Both the position numbers and the translations under genes were made by a program. The notes beneath the pieces were generated by a model. It saw only the letters and a program-made list of their open reading frames with translations. It did not search any database and was not told where the DNA came from. DNA of 64,000 nt from Octopus sinensis (lineage: Eukaryota): positions 122,512,001-122,576,000 of the forward strand of contig NC_043000.1 of assembly GCF_006345805.1 (NCBI RefSeq), in the 5' to 3' direction. Positions within the stretch are counted from its first letter, which is position 1; each line of letters starts with the position of its first letter. Below are positions 42,967 to 55,229 of this stretch, one piece after another.

Positions 42967-43012
<46 letters not shown>

Positions 43013-43130
43013 CAGACATGTACATATTCATATATATACTTATATATACATATATATATATGTGTGTATATATATATGTATATATGTGTGTATATATATA
43101 TATTTATATATATATATATGTGTATATATG

Positions 43131-43173
<43 letters not shown>

Positions 43174-44004
43174 ATACGTATGTATGTATGAATTTATGCA
43201 CATACACACCTGCATTTTTATTTTTAGCTGTGAAGCTATAGCTTGATATGTATCAAATTGAGCTTCGCTTTTTATGATCGATCTAGAAACTTTCGATGCA
43301 TATGTATATTTTACATACACATATACACACACACACCGTATGTGTGTGTATGTGCGTGTGAATACCCGAGTATATGCATGTGTGTGTGAGCGTGTGAGTG
43401 TTTATAGGCTGTGAAATTTTCACTATTGAGATGCAAAGGGAGCCTTGACGTAACTAGTAAAATGGAAATAACTCTATCAACACAATCTATTCAAAAAAAG
43501 AAATAAATGTTCCATACAAGTTACCTAAATGGCTACATCGATTCCCTACCTTGGGAATTTAGGTGCTACACATTCATTATTCATACCTGTATGTTTATTT
43601 TTACACGGAGAATTGATTTCTTATTTTCTCTTCGATATTGTGTGAAGCACATGATGGAAAAGAAACACGTTTGTATCCTTTGAAGAAATTATGACTTCTA
43701 CTGCAGTCTTCAAATTTTAATAACTTATTGAAGCTCTAATTTAATGTATTAATTATAATAAATTATGCCAAGTTTGCTTTTATCTACTGCTTAGCATCGT
43801 TACGATTATATATTGTGAAATATACGTCTTTAGTGATAAATAACAAGAACGTTAAACATTATTCCCATGTAGCTACACAATCTATCCAACGATATAAGGT
43901 ATCCACGCAAGTTATTACTGGGACTGCTCAGAAAGAATTACAATAGAAGCAACGAGAAGACTAAGGAATGGATAAACGTTCCCGCCTTTCATATTTCCTA
44001 GATC

Positions 44005-44430
44005 GGATCTTGTCGGTTTGAACGGCATTTTTCAACATAATTTCTAGGTAATTAAAAAATTTTAAGCTTCGTATACTGGTAGAATGTGTTTATAAAACAT
44101 CTTTTTCTCTTGGCTTTATTGAGAAAATTCTATAGTTTGTAAGATATTTGTTGTTTTTATTCTTCAATTTCTGCAATTTCAACCAATCAGTGACGTCTAT
44201 TGAGGTAAAAAAAAAACATTCTGTGCCGTATGAATATGTCCCTCGTTTAAGAAACAGATTGAGTTTATTTACATTTGTGAAGAAGAAAAATACCCTTCCC
44301 CCCACCCCTAACTAACCCTAACCCTAAAACAGATTGAATTGCAATAGATCGATACTAGGGTTATAATTATGGGTGACAATTTCATATGACACCGCTAGAA
44401 AAAAAAATGTCGTTCAAACTGAAAAGATCC
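44005..44430. mobile_element. MITE with TIR GGATCTTKTCRGTTTGAACGRCATTTTT and an internal (CCCTAA)-like run
   Basis: The ends are reverse complements; the left part is homologous to 57270-57450. Confidence 0.8.
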
Positions 44431-45283
44431 TATCCAACGATATAAGGTATCCACGCAAGTTATTACTGGGACTGTTCAGAACGAATTACAATAGAAGCAA
44501 GGAGAAGACTAAGGAATGGATAACCGTTCCCGCTTTTCATATTTCCTAGATCAGCTCCCAGTGACATTTTCATACCAGTTCTTGTTTTATTGCATTGTAA
44601 AGGAACTGCTGAAATACAATACGAAACTGGACATTCATTCACACCGAGCAACGATTACTATAGAATGTTATTCAACTATGCACTCTCTCGGCATTCAATA
44701 ATGCTATTGTTATTGAGGTATAATAGATTTCTGTACTCGTACCATTCAAAAGTATCGAACTGTTGTGAGAAAATCAAAACTACACTAGGTAAATTGCATT
44801 GAGCATTTCCTATTTTTATTTAACACCGTTTCTAAAGAACATTTTCATTTTCAGCAACCAGAACCATTGATGGCTGTGAAGGTTGCAATTGTTGTAGATA
44901 TGTAATACGTGAAACAACGCTCTCGAAATAATACATCGACTCAGATCGATCGGTTCGATAAAAACAAACAGGAATCACTGGTGGAAAAAGTAAGGAATAT
45001 TAAAACATTTTAATATCCTGTTATAGCTGGTGGTGTGTTTAATACCGCGATTTGAGATACACGAGAAACAATGATGTAAAATGGAGAAATTTATTAATTT
45101 TGTCTCACATATGTAATATATCTTCATGCAAACATTAACTCACTCGAAAATTTCATAAGAAATGAAATAATTAGAACCAGGATTTGTTAAAATGAAATAT
45201 TTTCATTCATATCAAATTTTTTAGACATTTATGTTTCGAAATATCTTTTTGAAACATACTCACCTCCATAACGAGGATATATA

Positions 45284-45348
<65 letters not shown>

Positions 45349-45598
45349 GTGTGTATGTGTGTATATGCATATATATATATATATATATATATAGGTGTAT
45401 GTGTGCGTTTTGGATGTATAGTAGTGATATATTAAAACTGCTATTATCTTGGAGAGTTATAACAGCTTCTCCTAAAAGTGTATCAAAACTTCTGGAATAC
45501 ACATCATATATATATATATAATGTATGTATTTATATATCTGCCAACTGATTTACATATATTTTCTTAAATCTTTCTAAGTATCTGATCGGCCACATAC

Positions 45599-45668
45599 AA
45601 CGTTTCTGAACACCGGTGTCTCATAAACCTGTCCGTCAACCAGCCGAGTGTTCTGAACACGCTTTCAC
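45599..45668 (-). CDS. Candidate isolated exon (G)ESVFRTLGWLTDRFMRHRCSET
   Basis: Strong acceptor cttttctcttacag, donor gtatgt, one open frame; linkage to a gene is unknown. Confidence 0.35.
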
Positions 45669-46104
45669 CTGTAAGAGAAAAGTTATTCTTCTATGACGCG
45701 TCAACAGCGACCAGCATCTTGTGCGTCTGAACCGGCCAGTACTCATTCTGAATGAATGTGTAAATAATCTTCCCAGCTCTTGCTGTATACGGTACAAGTC
45801 ACTAGCTTTTATTGGTTGGCAGATATAATCACCGATCAGAAAACAATCTGCTCGGTGAATGCATTGTTACGAATGAAATATTAACTGAATATAATTTTGG
45901 ATGTTATTACGAGAATTAGTACACCGCTCTCTAGTTTTGCAAGAAAAGACGTGATAGAACAAAAATTAATCCTAACGTAAAAAACAATTCATTTTAGTCC
46001 CGTGAATGTTTAAAGTAAGTTGGACGGTTTGGCATGCTTTTACTGTGTGGGTGGACTTTAAATACTGTGGGTCATGGTTGACATGTTGGTGCCGGTTGGT
46101 TCGA

Positions 46105-46880
46105 AGGGCAGCAAGCTGGCAGAATCATTTGCACGCTGGGCGAAATGCTTAGCAATATTTCGTCTGCTGTTACGTTCTGAGTTCAAATTCCGTCGAGGTC
46201 GACTTTGCCATTCATCATTTCGGGGTCGATTGAATAAGTATCATTTACGCACTGGGGTCGATATAATCGACTTAATCCGTTCGTCTGTCCTTGTTTGTCC
46301 TCTCTGTATTTAACCACTTTTGGGCAATAAAGAAATAAATATATATTATAGTCTGACATTGTGTCACTTAGAGGGCTCCATCTATTTACATATTCTGTGA
46401 ATGAGTGTGCTCCTGTGGAATACGAGAAAATTTGTTATAGGCGCGTATTGTTTAAAACAATAAAGAAAGTGAGCCGGCAGCATTCCGTTTTCCGTTACGT
46501 TCTGAGTTCGAATTGCGCCGAGGTCGACTTTGCCATTCGGGGTCGTTTAAATAAGTACCAGTTACGCACTGGAGTCGATGTCATCGACTTAATCCCTTTG
46601 TCTGTCTTTGTTTGTCACCTCGATGTTTAGCCGCATGTGGGCAATAAAGAAATAAATATTTAAAGGCAGTGAGCTGGCAGAATCGTTTGCACGCCGGGCG
46701 AAATGCTTAGCCTTATTTCGTCTCTTTGCGTTCTGAGTTCAAATTCCGCCGAGGTCGACCTTGCCTTTCATCTTTTCGAGATCGATAAATTAGGTTCCAG
46801 TTGCATACTGGGGTAGATCTAATCGACTGGCCCTCTCCCCCAAAATTTCGGGCCTTGTGCCTAGGGTAGAAAAGAATATT
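46105..46880 (+). mobile_element. Cluster of three SINE A copies; the last has an alternative tail
   Basis: Repeated core GTCGACTTTGCC..; the third ends CTGGCCCTCTCCCCCAAAATTTCGGGCCTTGTGCCTAG. Confidence 0.85.
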
Positions 46881-47379
46881 CAAACCTCTATGGCCGAGCA
46901 TAGAAACAGGACATATGTTATCATCTGTACGGAGAGCTCTGCCATTGAGAAAAAGATAAATTACAATGAGAACAGCAATAAATATTTAAATGCCAAAAGA
47001 GTTGTACCCAGCAGATATGAAATGTGTCATTATTGACACAGAAAACCTTAAAAAAAAACCTTAAATGAGACATTTGGGAAAAACATAGACCCGTTAGGAC
47101 CGGGAGTGAGATTTGATACTCTACCGCCGGTGGTGGAATATGATGATCTAAAACCTTATTCAATATGGTATATTTTTGATACTAAAATGATGAACAATGA
47201 AGAAAAAAGGAAAAAGAAGTTAAATGGTACTACCCGAAAGTGGGTTCAAGTAGCATCTCATCCTCATTTATTTTATAATTCATCCCATTCATTCGTCTAT
47301 GTTTTATGTCCCCACGTTGTGTTTTGTGTTCATGTGCCGTCCCTTCTATGTTGGGCCCTCAGTGGCTAATAAAGAAATG
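46880..47379 (+). mobile_element. ORF1-only retroposon, degenerate 5'-truncated copy
   Basis: MPKELYPADMKCVIIDTENLKK(fs)NETFGKNIDPLGPGVRFDTLPPVVEYDDLKPYSIWY is homologous to the C-terminus of ORF 47506-48078; ends GGGCCCTCAGTGGCTAATAAAGAAA. Confidence 0.7.
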
Positions 47380-47476
47380 GGTGTCGGTTGGTTCGAAGTG
47401 AGTGCCGGCAATCGTCGTGGGTGGTTTATATAAATAGTTAATACAGCAGTCTATGCCTTGAGTTGATGTGAGCCAA

Positions 47477-48438
47477 AGGTAGAGACAAAGGAAACAGATG
47501 ATGATATGACTGTTGTAAAAAAAAAAAAGAAAAGGGGGAGCGGAGGGAATGATTCTCCGCCAGAGAAACAGAAAAAGAAGAGAGAAGATATGAGAAAAGA
47601 AACAGTAAAGGAGGTCAGCAAGAAGGACGACAAAAGGGTGACAGAGAAAGAAAGTAAAAAGAAAGTGCAGCTGCAAGTAGAAATACCAATTGCTTCGGTA
47701 GAAAAGGATTCAGAAATTCAGCTGGCCGAAGAAGAATTAGAGAGACTGTTTAGAGTGGAGGAGGAAAAGAGAGAACAGAAAAGCCAAAATAAAAGAAAGA
47801 AAATTAAAGGAAACGGGGTATGGTATTACGTAACCTACCCGAAGAATATTGAAACAGAGAAGAAAATACTCAAGTTCAACCAAATAGTAAGAGTAAAGAT
47901 ACCAGCATATATATATGCAGAGGATATGAAGGCGATAGTAATTGAAGAGGAAAGTTATAAAAGACTGAAAGAAATGTGTGGAGACAATATCGACCCATCA
48001 GGAATAACGGTGGAACTCAAAGAATTGCTACCAGTAGTGGATTTAGTAGAAATAGAACCACTAATAAAATATTACTAAAAAATAAATAAGTATGTCAAAG
48101 CCACAGAAAAAAGAAAGGAAAAAAAAAAAGAAAGAGTAAATGTTTTATGTTATGTCTAATAATATCGGAAAAAAGAACATTTTTAGTGAAAAATATAACG
48201 GTTCAAATAATTGTAATGGTAGACGATAATTAATTGTTAGTTAAATGTATGATAATAACGGACAGTTTAAAAAGATTAATGGTAATGCATGTGATGAGGG
48301 GCGCATGCAGCCATCCATGACCATTATTGTGTAACAATCTCATCATATTCGGTCCATGTGTTGTCCCCTTTGTGGTGTGCTGTCTGTCCTTGTTTGTTCC
48401 CCCTCTATGTTTGGGCCCTTGTGGCTAATAAAGAAAGA
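47477..48438 (+). mobile_element. ORF1-only (RT-less) retroposon with a 17-bp TSD
   Basis: TSD GAGT(T/C)GATGTGAGCCAA at 47460-47476 and 48439-48455; the frame is open from the 5' junction to 48078; about 360-bp 3' UTR ending in the SINE-A-like tail. Confidence 0.75.
47506..48078 (+). CDS. K/E-rich protein with a roughly 90-aa C-terminal domain; probable C-terminal half of a LINE ORF1-like protein
   Basis: Intact 190 codons; the frame continues upstream (VETKETDDD-M) to the insertion boundary; a paralogous segment lies at 46990-47180. Confidence 0.6.
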   Translation: MTVVKKKKKRGSGGNDSPPEKQKKKREDMRKETVKEVSKKDDKRVTEKESKKKVQLQVEIPIASVEKDSEIQLAEEELERLFRVEEEKREQKSQNKRKKIKGNGVWYYVTYPKNIETEKKILKFNQIVRVKIPAYIYAEDMKAIVIEEESYKRLKEMCGDNIDPSGITVELKELLPVVDLVEIEPLIKYY

Positions 48439-49224
48439 GAGTCGATGTGAGCCAATCGATGTGTGTGAGTCGGTGGGTCTGTCGATGTCGGGCAGTTCGT
48501 GTGGAACAGTTGGCACAGTGGTTGGTGTCCAGGGAGAGTTGGCGTCAGCTGATGAGTCGATTCAATGCGACGATGGATGTCAGTCGATTAATGTGAACTG
48601 TGGCGTCTTTGCTGTGAAGAGGACGGTTTTAAACTGGGTGCGAAAATAGTGAGAGTGACCTTGGCAACGTAAAGAACACGGACTGTGAAGTTGGCTACCG
48701 GACTATCACGAATCGGAAGTGACAACAGAGTCTAGTCGAAAATAATCATTTGACTGGGGAAAGAAGACTATTCTACACATTTTAGAAGTAAATGAGAGAA
48801 CTCACTGAAATATATTCCATAAATTTTTAATCACCTCTTAATTAAAGTTCTTTTGTTCTGCTTGTACGCAAAGGTTTTGTTTGTTATTGTTAACTCTTCT
48901 GACTTATATAACTACTTCTTCCTCTCTAAGCAAGTTGGCTTGCTGCACTGACCTGCGGTTTACCCGAGCTATTGACTTGATTAATGGAGTCTGTATTGGT
49001 GGTGTCAGTAGGCCGCAGTGCGCAACAGTATTAAGAAAGCCGATGGCTTGGTTTAGGCACAAGTGTTCGAGTGTATATACGACATACTTTTTTTCATATT
49101 CCATCTACCAGATCCACTCACAAAGCTTTGGTAGAACCGAGGTTAGAGTAGAAGATACTCGCCTAAGATGCCACGCTGTGAAATTGAACCCGGAACCATG
49201 TGGTTGGTAGGCAAATTACTTACC

Positions 49225-49457
49225 TATTTCTTTACTACCCACAAGGGGCTAAACACAGAGAGGACAAACAAAGACAGACAAACGGATTAAGTCGATTATA
49301 TCGACCCCAGTGCGTAACTGGTACTTATTTAATCGACCCCGAAAGGATGAAAGGCAAAGTCGACCTCGGCGGAATTTGAACTCAGAACCTAGCGGCGGAC
49401 GAAATACCACAAAGCATTTCGCCCGGCGTGCTAACGTTTATGCCAGCTCGCCGCCTT
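49225..49457 (-). mobile_element. SINE family A inserted at the head of a SINE B (49080-49222, minus)
   Basis: Full head and tail; the junction on the minus strand reads GAAATA|GGTAAGT. Confidence 0.85.
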
Positions 49458-50229
49458 ACATAGCCTGAATATTGCAACGTATACTGGACACAAAACTGGA
49501 AACACCAGCTGTTTGTTTGTTTCTTATGAAGAAAAGAAAAATAATAATAAACCTTAAATCGCAGTCAAATATTTCCTTCGGTCTTTGTCACCCAGAAATG
49601 CTCTCAACCTGAAGCAGAAAAGAATAACACTGGCAGAGAATCAATATCTTTATATCTATAATGCTTAGACACCATCTTAAATCCCGTACAGGTATTCAAT
49701 CAGCAATAACAAGAACTGATGTTACCTTTATATTTATATATCATTTCGGGACCTGACTAGAAATGTCTTAGTAGTAACTTCCTCTATACAGAAACTCTTA
49801 GCTCCCAAATAATTGTACTTTAGTAATTCAATAAACCAGACAATTTCTTCCGCCTACAATAAATTCATTTGCAAATAAACAGACAACGAAAGGGAAAATA
49901 TCTTTCTCTTTTCCTTTCCCTTTTAATAAATCCATACATCAACCGTCACCTTATTTTTATTCATTGACAAATAAATGCTCATACGTGTTTATCTCAAAGG
50001 TTTCATGCATAGTTATTAATATATTAATAGATACACACGCACGTGCTTTGACACTGAATCATACGTCCTTTTCTGTTCTGAAACACATTGCAAGTCTCTC
50101 AAATGAGCATAGACAGATGCATGGAGTGATGTAGAAAAACTACATATAAGTCTCACAAATAAAATAACGAATGAATAACTTACCACAAAGTTCAAGTCTA
50201 CCATCATTGTAACACAAGTCACCAGCATT

Positions 50230-51065
50230 TTTATTTCTTTATTGCCCACAAGGGGCTAAACATAGATGGGATAAACAAGGGCAGACAACGTGATTAAGTC
50301 GATTACATCGATCCCAGTACGAAACTAGTACTTAATTTATCGACACCGAAAGGATGAAAGGCAAAGTCGAACGCGGCGGAATTTGAACTCAGAACGTAAC
50401 GGTAGACGATTCTACCAGCTCGTCGCCTTCTTTTTTCTTTATTGCCCACAAAGGGCTAAACATAGAGGTGACGAACTAGGACAAACAAACGGATTAAGTC
50501 GATTAGGTCGACCCTAGTACGAAACTGGTACTTAATTTATCGACCCCGAAAGGATAAAAGGCAAAGTCGACCTCGGTGAAATTTGAACTCAAAACGTAAC
50601 AGCAGACGAAATACCTATTTCTTTACTACCCACAATGGGCTAAACGCAGAAGGCAAAAACAAGGACAGACAAACGGAATAAGTCGATTACATCGACCTCA
50701 GTGCGTAACTGGTACTTAATTTATCGACCCCGAAAGGATGAAAGGCAAAGTCGACATCGGCGGAATTTGAACTTAGAACGTAACGGCAGGCGAAATACCT
50801 ATTTCTTTATTACCCACAAGGGGCTAAACATAGAGGGGACAAACAAGGACAGACATAGGTATTAAGTCGATTACATCGACCCCAGTGCGTAACTGGTACT
50901 TAATTTATCGACCCAGAAAGGATGAACGGCAAAGTCGACCTCGGTGGAATTTGAACTCAGAACGTAACGGCAGACGAAATACCGCTAAGCATTTCGCCCG
51001 GCGTGGTAACAGGTCTGCCAGCTCGCCGCTCGGCGTGCTAACGTTTCTGCCAGCTTGTCGCCTTC
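50230..51065 (-). mobile_element. SINE family A multimer (4 bodies; head region partly duplicated)
   Basis: About 185-bp units; GAAATACCTATTTC junctions at 50608 and 50792. Confidence 0.9.
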
Positions 51066-51254
51066 TTGTCATACGAGTCAGCATCTTGCGGGCAAACGAT
51101 GGAGTCAGTCTTACAGTATATAATTACTGTAAGGCCACTGCAAATTTATTTCGCACTTTCTTCTGCTGATTATTATTCTGAATACCGCCCCAGGTGTCGC
51201 AGCGAGTAGCGGCAGCAGCGCGCTGATTGATTGTCGCTCGCCGCGGGCGGGGCT

Positions 51255-51410
51255 GTATTGTCCGAAGCATGCTTCCTAACTACCACATGGTTCCGAGTTC
51301 AGTCGCATTGCGTGGCACTCTGGGCATGTCTCTTCTACCATTTCCTCGGGCTGACTTTCAAAACGTTGTCAGTGGACTGGGTAGACGGAAACTGAAAGAA
51401 GCCCGCACCA
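51255..51410 (+). mobile_element. SINE family B head fragment
   Basis: CCACATGGTTCCGAGTTCAGTCGCATTGCGTGGCAC..GACGGAAACTGAAAGAAGCCCG. Confidence 0.75.
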
Positions 51411-52307
51411 TATTTATATACGTATACGTGTATATATATCTGAGTATATATCTATGGATGGATATGTTTGTGTATATACATATATGTTCGACTTCTGCCT
51501 GTTATGCTGAGGAATATTATTAAATACACGTTTGCATTAAATGGTGGACGTTCAACAAATTTTGCATAATTCATTGAACCACTAATCAATGTCAGCTTAT
51601 GTGTGTACACAGATGTATATATATGGATGGGCTGTGTACATAGGTATGCGTATATGTATTTATTCTGAGAGAGTTTGTTGTTTCTGATCGATTACCTCAT
51701 GATGTTTTCATTGAGGAGGCCAAAACAAGTATATAGCTCTGAATCTTTGACGTGATGTTTGTCTGTTGCAGTACGTGGTGAAGTTTTTAAGCTCATCTTT
51801 GCTGAGTTTATGCGTTGTTGGGTCAGAGCACATAAGCAAACCTTCGTTTGTGGATTGGTAAAAGCACATTGGTGCATCGAACAAAGAGAATAGGTTGAGC
51901 CGGGGAATGATTAGCGCTCATTGGAGCTCATTCATATGTTGAAACTGAGATGTAGTGAACGGGCTGGAGAGCGAGTAGTGAAGTAGAAACAAGAAAAATG
52001 AATAAATAATAGAAATAATGAAAAAAAATAAGAAATGAATAAATAATTAAATACGCATCCCCACCTACCTCCTTTCGTTCCTTCATCTCCCAAGCAAAAA
52101 CAGCCACAACAACAACATCAGCAATAACAAAAACAGAGTCAAATGTAAAATAAAAGCAACATACACCATTGAAGACAGATCGATCAAATAAAACAAGTAT
52201 ATAAATATTACATACAAAATGGGAATGAATGAGAAATAGTGAAACTAGAACGGGTGAAATTAGAAAAGAGGAACGGCGGAGGCGTCGAAAAAAAGAGAGA
52301 GAGAAGA

Positions 52308-52347
<40 letters not shown>

Positions 52348-52985
52348 GGTGAGAAGGAAAGAATGAACGAAAGAAAAAATGGATAGGAGTGAGGTGTTCG
52401 CGAACGAGAAGAAGAATTGGAAGTAGATATCAAAAGACAAAGAGGGAAAGAAAAATGAACAACGAAAAGAGAGAAAATTAAGAGAAAGCAAAGGAGAGTG
52501 GCAGATGGAGAGCAGTAAGTGAGAACGAGATGGGGGGAGAGAGTGTGAATGTCCTATCATTCCGATGCCAAATCAATAGTGATATTAAATATATATTTTG
52601 CCATTCTTTAATGAATGTTTCTATTGACTAAACAGTCTTGCTTGTTCGCTTGCTTGCTTCTATTGATTTCTACTCGTTTGTGTTTGTTTGTTATTTTTTT
52701 AATTTGTTCTGTTATTCTTTGCCCACACTCTCAGGCACGCACAAATATATACACGCACACTTATATATATACACTGTATGTGCTATGTGCGTGCCCACAA
52801 GTAGACACGCACGCATATGCATTTATATGCACTATATTGATGTTCATAGCTGTATGTGTGTATGTGTGTGTGCGCGCGTGTGTGAGTGTGTGTGTGTGTG
52901 TACAAGTATATATACATATATTCATGTATATAAACACTCTGCATACGTATACTTACATGTGTATAAATACGAGTCTTTCTCACAT

Positions 52986-53030
<45 letters not shown>

Positions 53031-53096
53031 GCACACACTCATACATACGGACATACATATAGTAATACATACATATATATTTATATATGAATACAG

Positions 53097-53156
<60 letters not shown>

Positions 53157-53278
53157 GAATGCGCTTGAGTAAAATCAACAGCATAAAACCTTTAGATACA
53201 AAGAAACAATCCGGTTTAACAGAACAGTGTACTATCTAATTAACATAATATATGCATTCAGACAAGCACACATACGTA

Positions 53279-53322
<44 letters not shown>

Positions 53323-53554
53323 TATATTTTTATATATATGTGTGTCTGTGAGTATGTACATTCATACATATTGATATACATACATATATACGCATAAATA
53401 TACATAAATGTATATATTTATGTGTTTATATATGCACGGGTATACAGACATATTTATGTATGTATATGTATATATATATATATATATATATGCAAGTCTT
53501 TATATATATATATATATGTGCAAGTCTTCATATGTATATATAAGTGCAAGTCTT

Positions 53555-53595
<41 letters not shown>

Positions 53596-54957
53596 GTGTA
53601 CGTATAACTTCCTCTATAATATTTTATTTACTGAGGTACCTGTAGATGTGATGGAGGAAAGGGGTGAGTGCACAGAAAGACAGACAGAGTGTGAAAGAGT
53701 AAGTGACTGTTTTCGTGTGCTGTGTGAGTATGTGGCTGCTGTGAGGGTGATGCTCTAAAGTGATGAATGAAGCTGTCGGTTGCTTTTGTATGGTAACGTG
53801 TACAGAGGTGGTGGATGCAGCTATGTTGAGAGTAGAAGCTGGTAATGTATGGTAGATATGTTGTTATTCGTTGCTGTCTGACGCGGTGTTGGTTTTGGTT
53901 GCGATTTTGGCGGTTTTAGTAGCTAACTTTTTTTTTATTGTGTCTATATAACTGATGCCTTTCATAAGAGCAATAGCTGTTCATTTGTTATAATGCATTT
54001 TAGTGTTCCCATTGTTGATGATTCTGATGCGGGTGGTAATGATGTCTGGATATCTGGAGTTTTTACTGCTTCTTTGTCGTGGATTGAGATTGGCAGCCAT
54101 TAAAATACTGATCCTTATAATTGTAATGGGATGTTGCTATTTTAGAGAAACAGTCTCCTGATATTGAAATAGCAGTTGTGTGTTCGTGATTGTCGTGGTG
54201 GCTGTAGTCTTTATTGTGTTCATTTCTATAGTTATTCTCATATTGCTATATGATGGCTGCGGTTAACGCTGTAATAAGTTAGAACGCAGCTCTAAGAACG
54301 TGTGACAGATAAAAAAATATATATATTCTTGTGCATTTATATATTCATTATATTGGCTATCAAAGCTTCTGTCTTTCAGGTGGAGTTGCTTGTAGGTTAC
54401 TCTAAGTAGGTAGCAGCGATAGCTAGTAGAGACGATGGCTTAGGTTTGAAAATAGTTGAAGGAAATAGAGAGAGAGATAGACAGGAAAAAGAAGCTACAA
54501 ATGAGCAGAATATTGACGAAATGATTTTTATACTGTTATCAAATGGTGAATATCTAAATATTCATCCGTAACCGATTGGAATGAGTTATCATAAGAGCGT
54601 AACCTAACAGGATGTCGATGCCTTTACATCTGTGTCGAGATGAATGTGAGCAACTGATTATATGCTTGTATGAATATATATTTTCTTTGCAGAGAACTAT
54701 GAATGTAGGTTAACACACACACGTACACACACACACATATACACAAATACACAGATATACGCATATATATATATATATATATACACATACATACATATAT
54801 AATATTTATATATACCTACATACGTACACACACGCATACGTCCGCACACAGGCACATGTATATGTATATATGTATATATATCTATATATGTGTGTGTGTG
54901 TATGTGTATGTGTGCGCGCGTGTGTGTGTGTTTATGTGTGTATATATATATATACAA

Positions 54958-55129
54958 GCGCAGGAGTGGCTTATTGTAAGAAGCTTGTTTCCCAATCACA
55001 TGCCTCCGGGTTCAGTCCCACTGCGCAGCACCTTGGGCAGCTGTCTTCTACTATAGCCTGGGCCCGACGAAAGCCTTGTGAGTGGATATGGTAGACGGAA
55101 ACTGAAAGAAGCCTGTCGTGTATATATAT

Positions 55130-55200
<71 letters not shown>

Positions 55201-55217
55201 TGTGTGTGTGTGTGTGC
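54958..55217 (+). mobile_element. SINE family B head plus microsatellite, tail missing
   Basis: GCGCAGGAGTGGC..GCACCTTGGGCAGCTGTCTTCTACTATAGCC.. Confidence 0.85.
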
Positions 55218-55229
55218 GGAGATTTAGTT

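Noticed and set aside
44300-44325. CCCTAA repeats as an interstitial telomere
   Set aside because: Only about 3 imperfect units, inside a MITE.
50230-51065. Regularly spaced repeats suggestive of a CRISPR array
   Set aside because: Units are about 185-bp SINE bodies with no unique spacers, in eukaryotic context with no cas genes.
51928-52560. 210-aa hydrophobic ORF
   Set aside because: Antisense of GA-rich low-complexity sequence.
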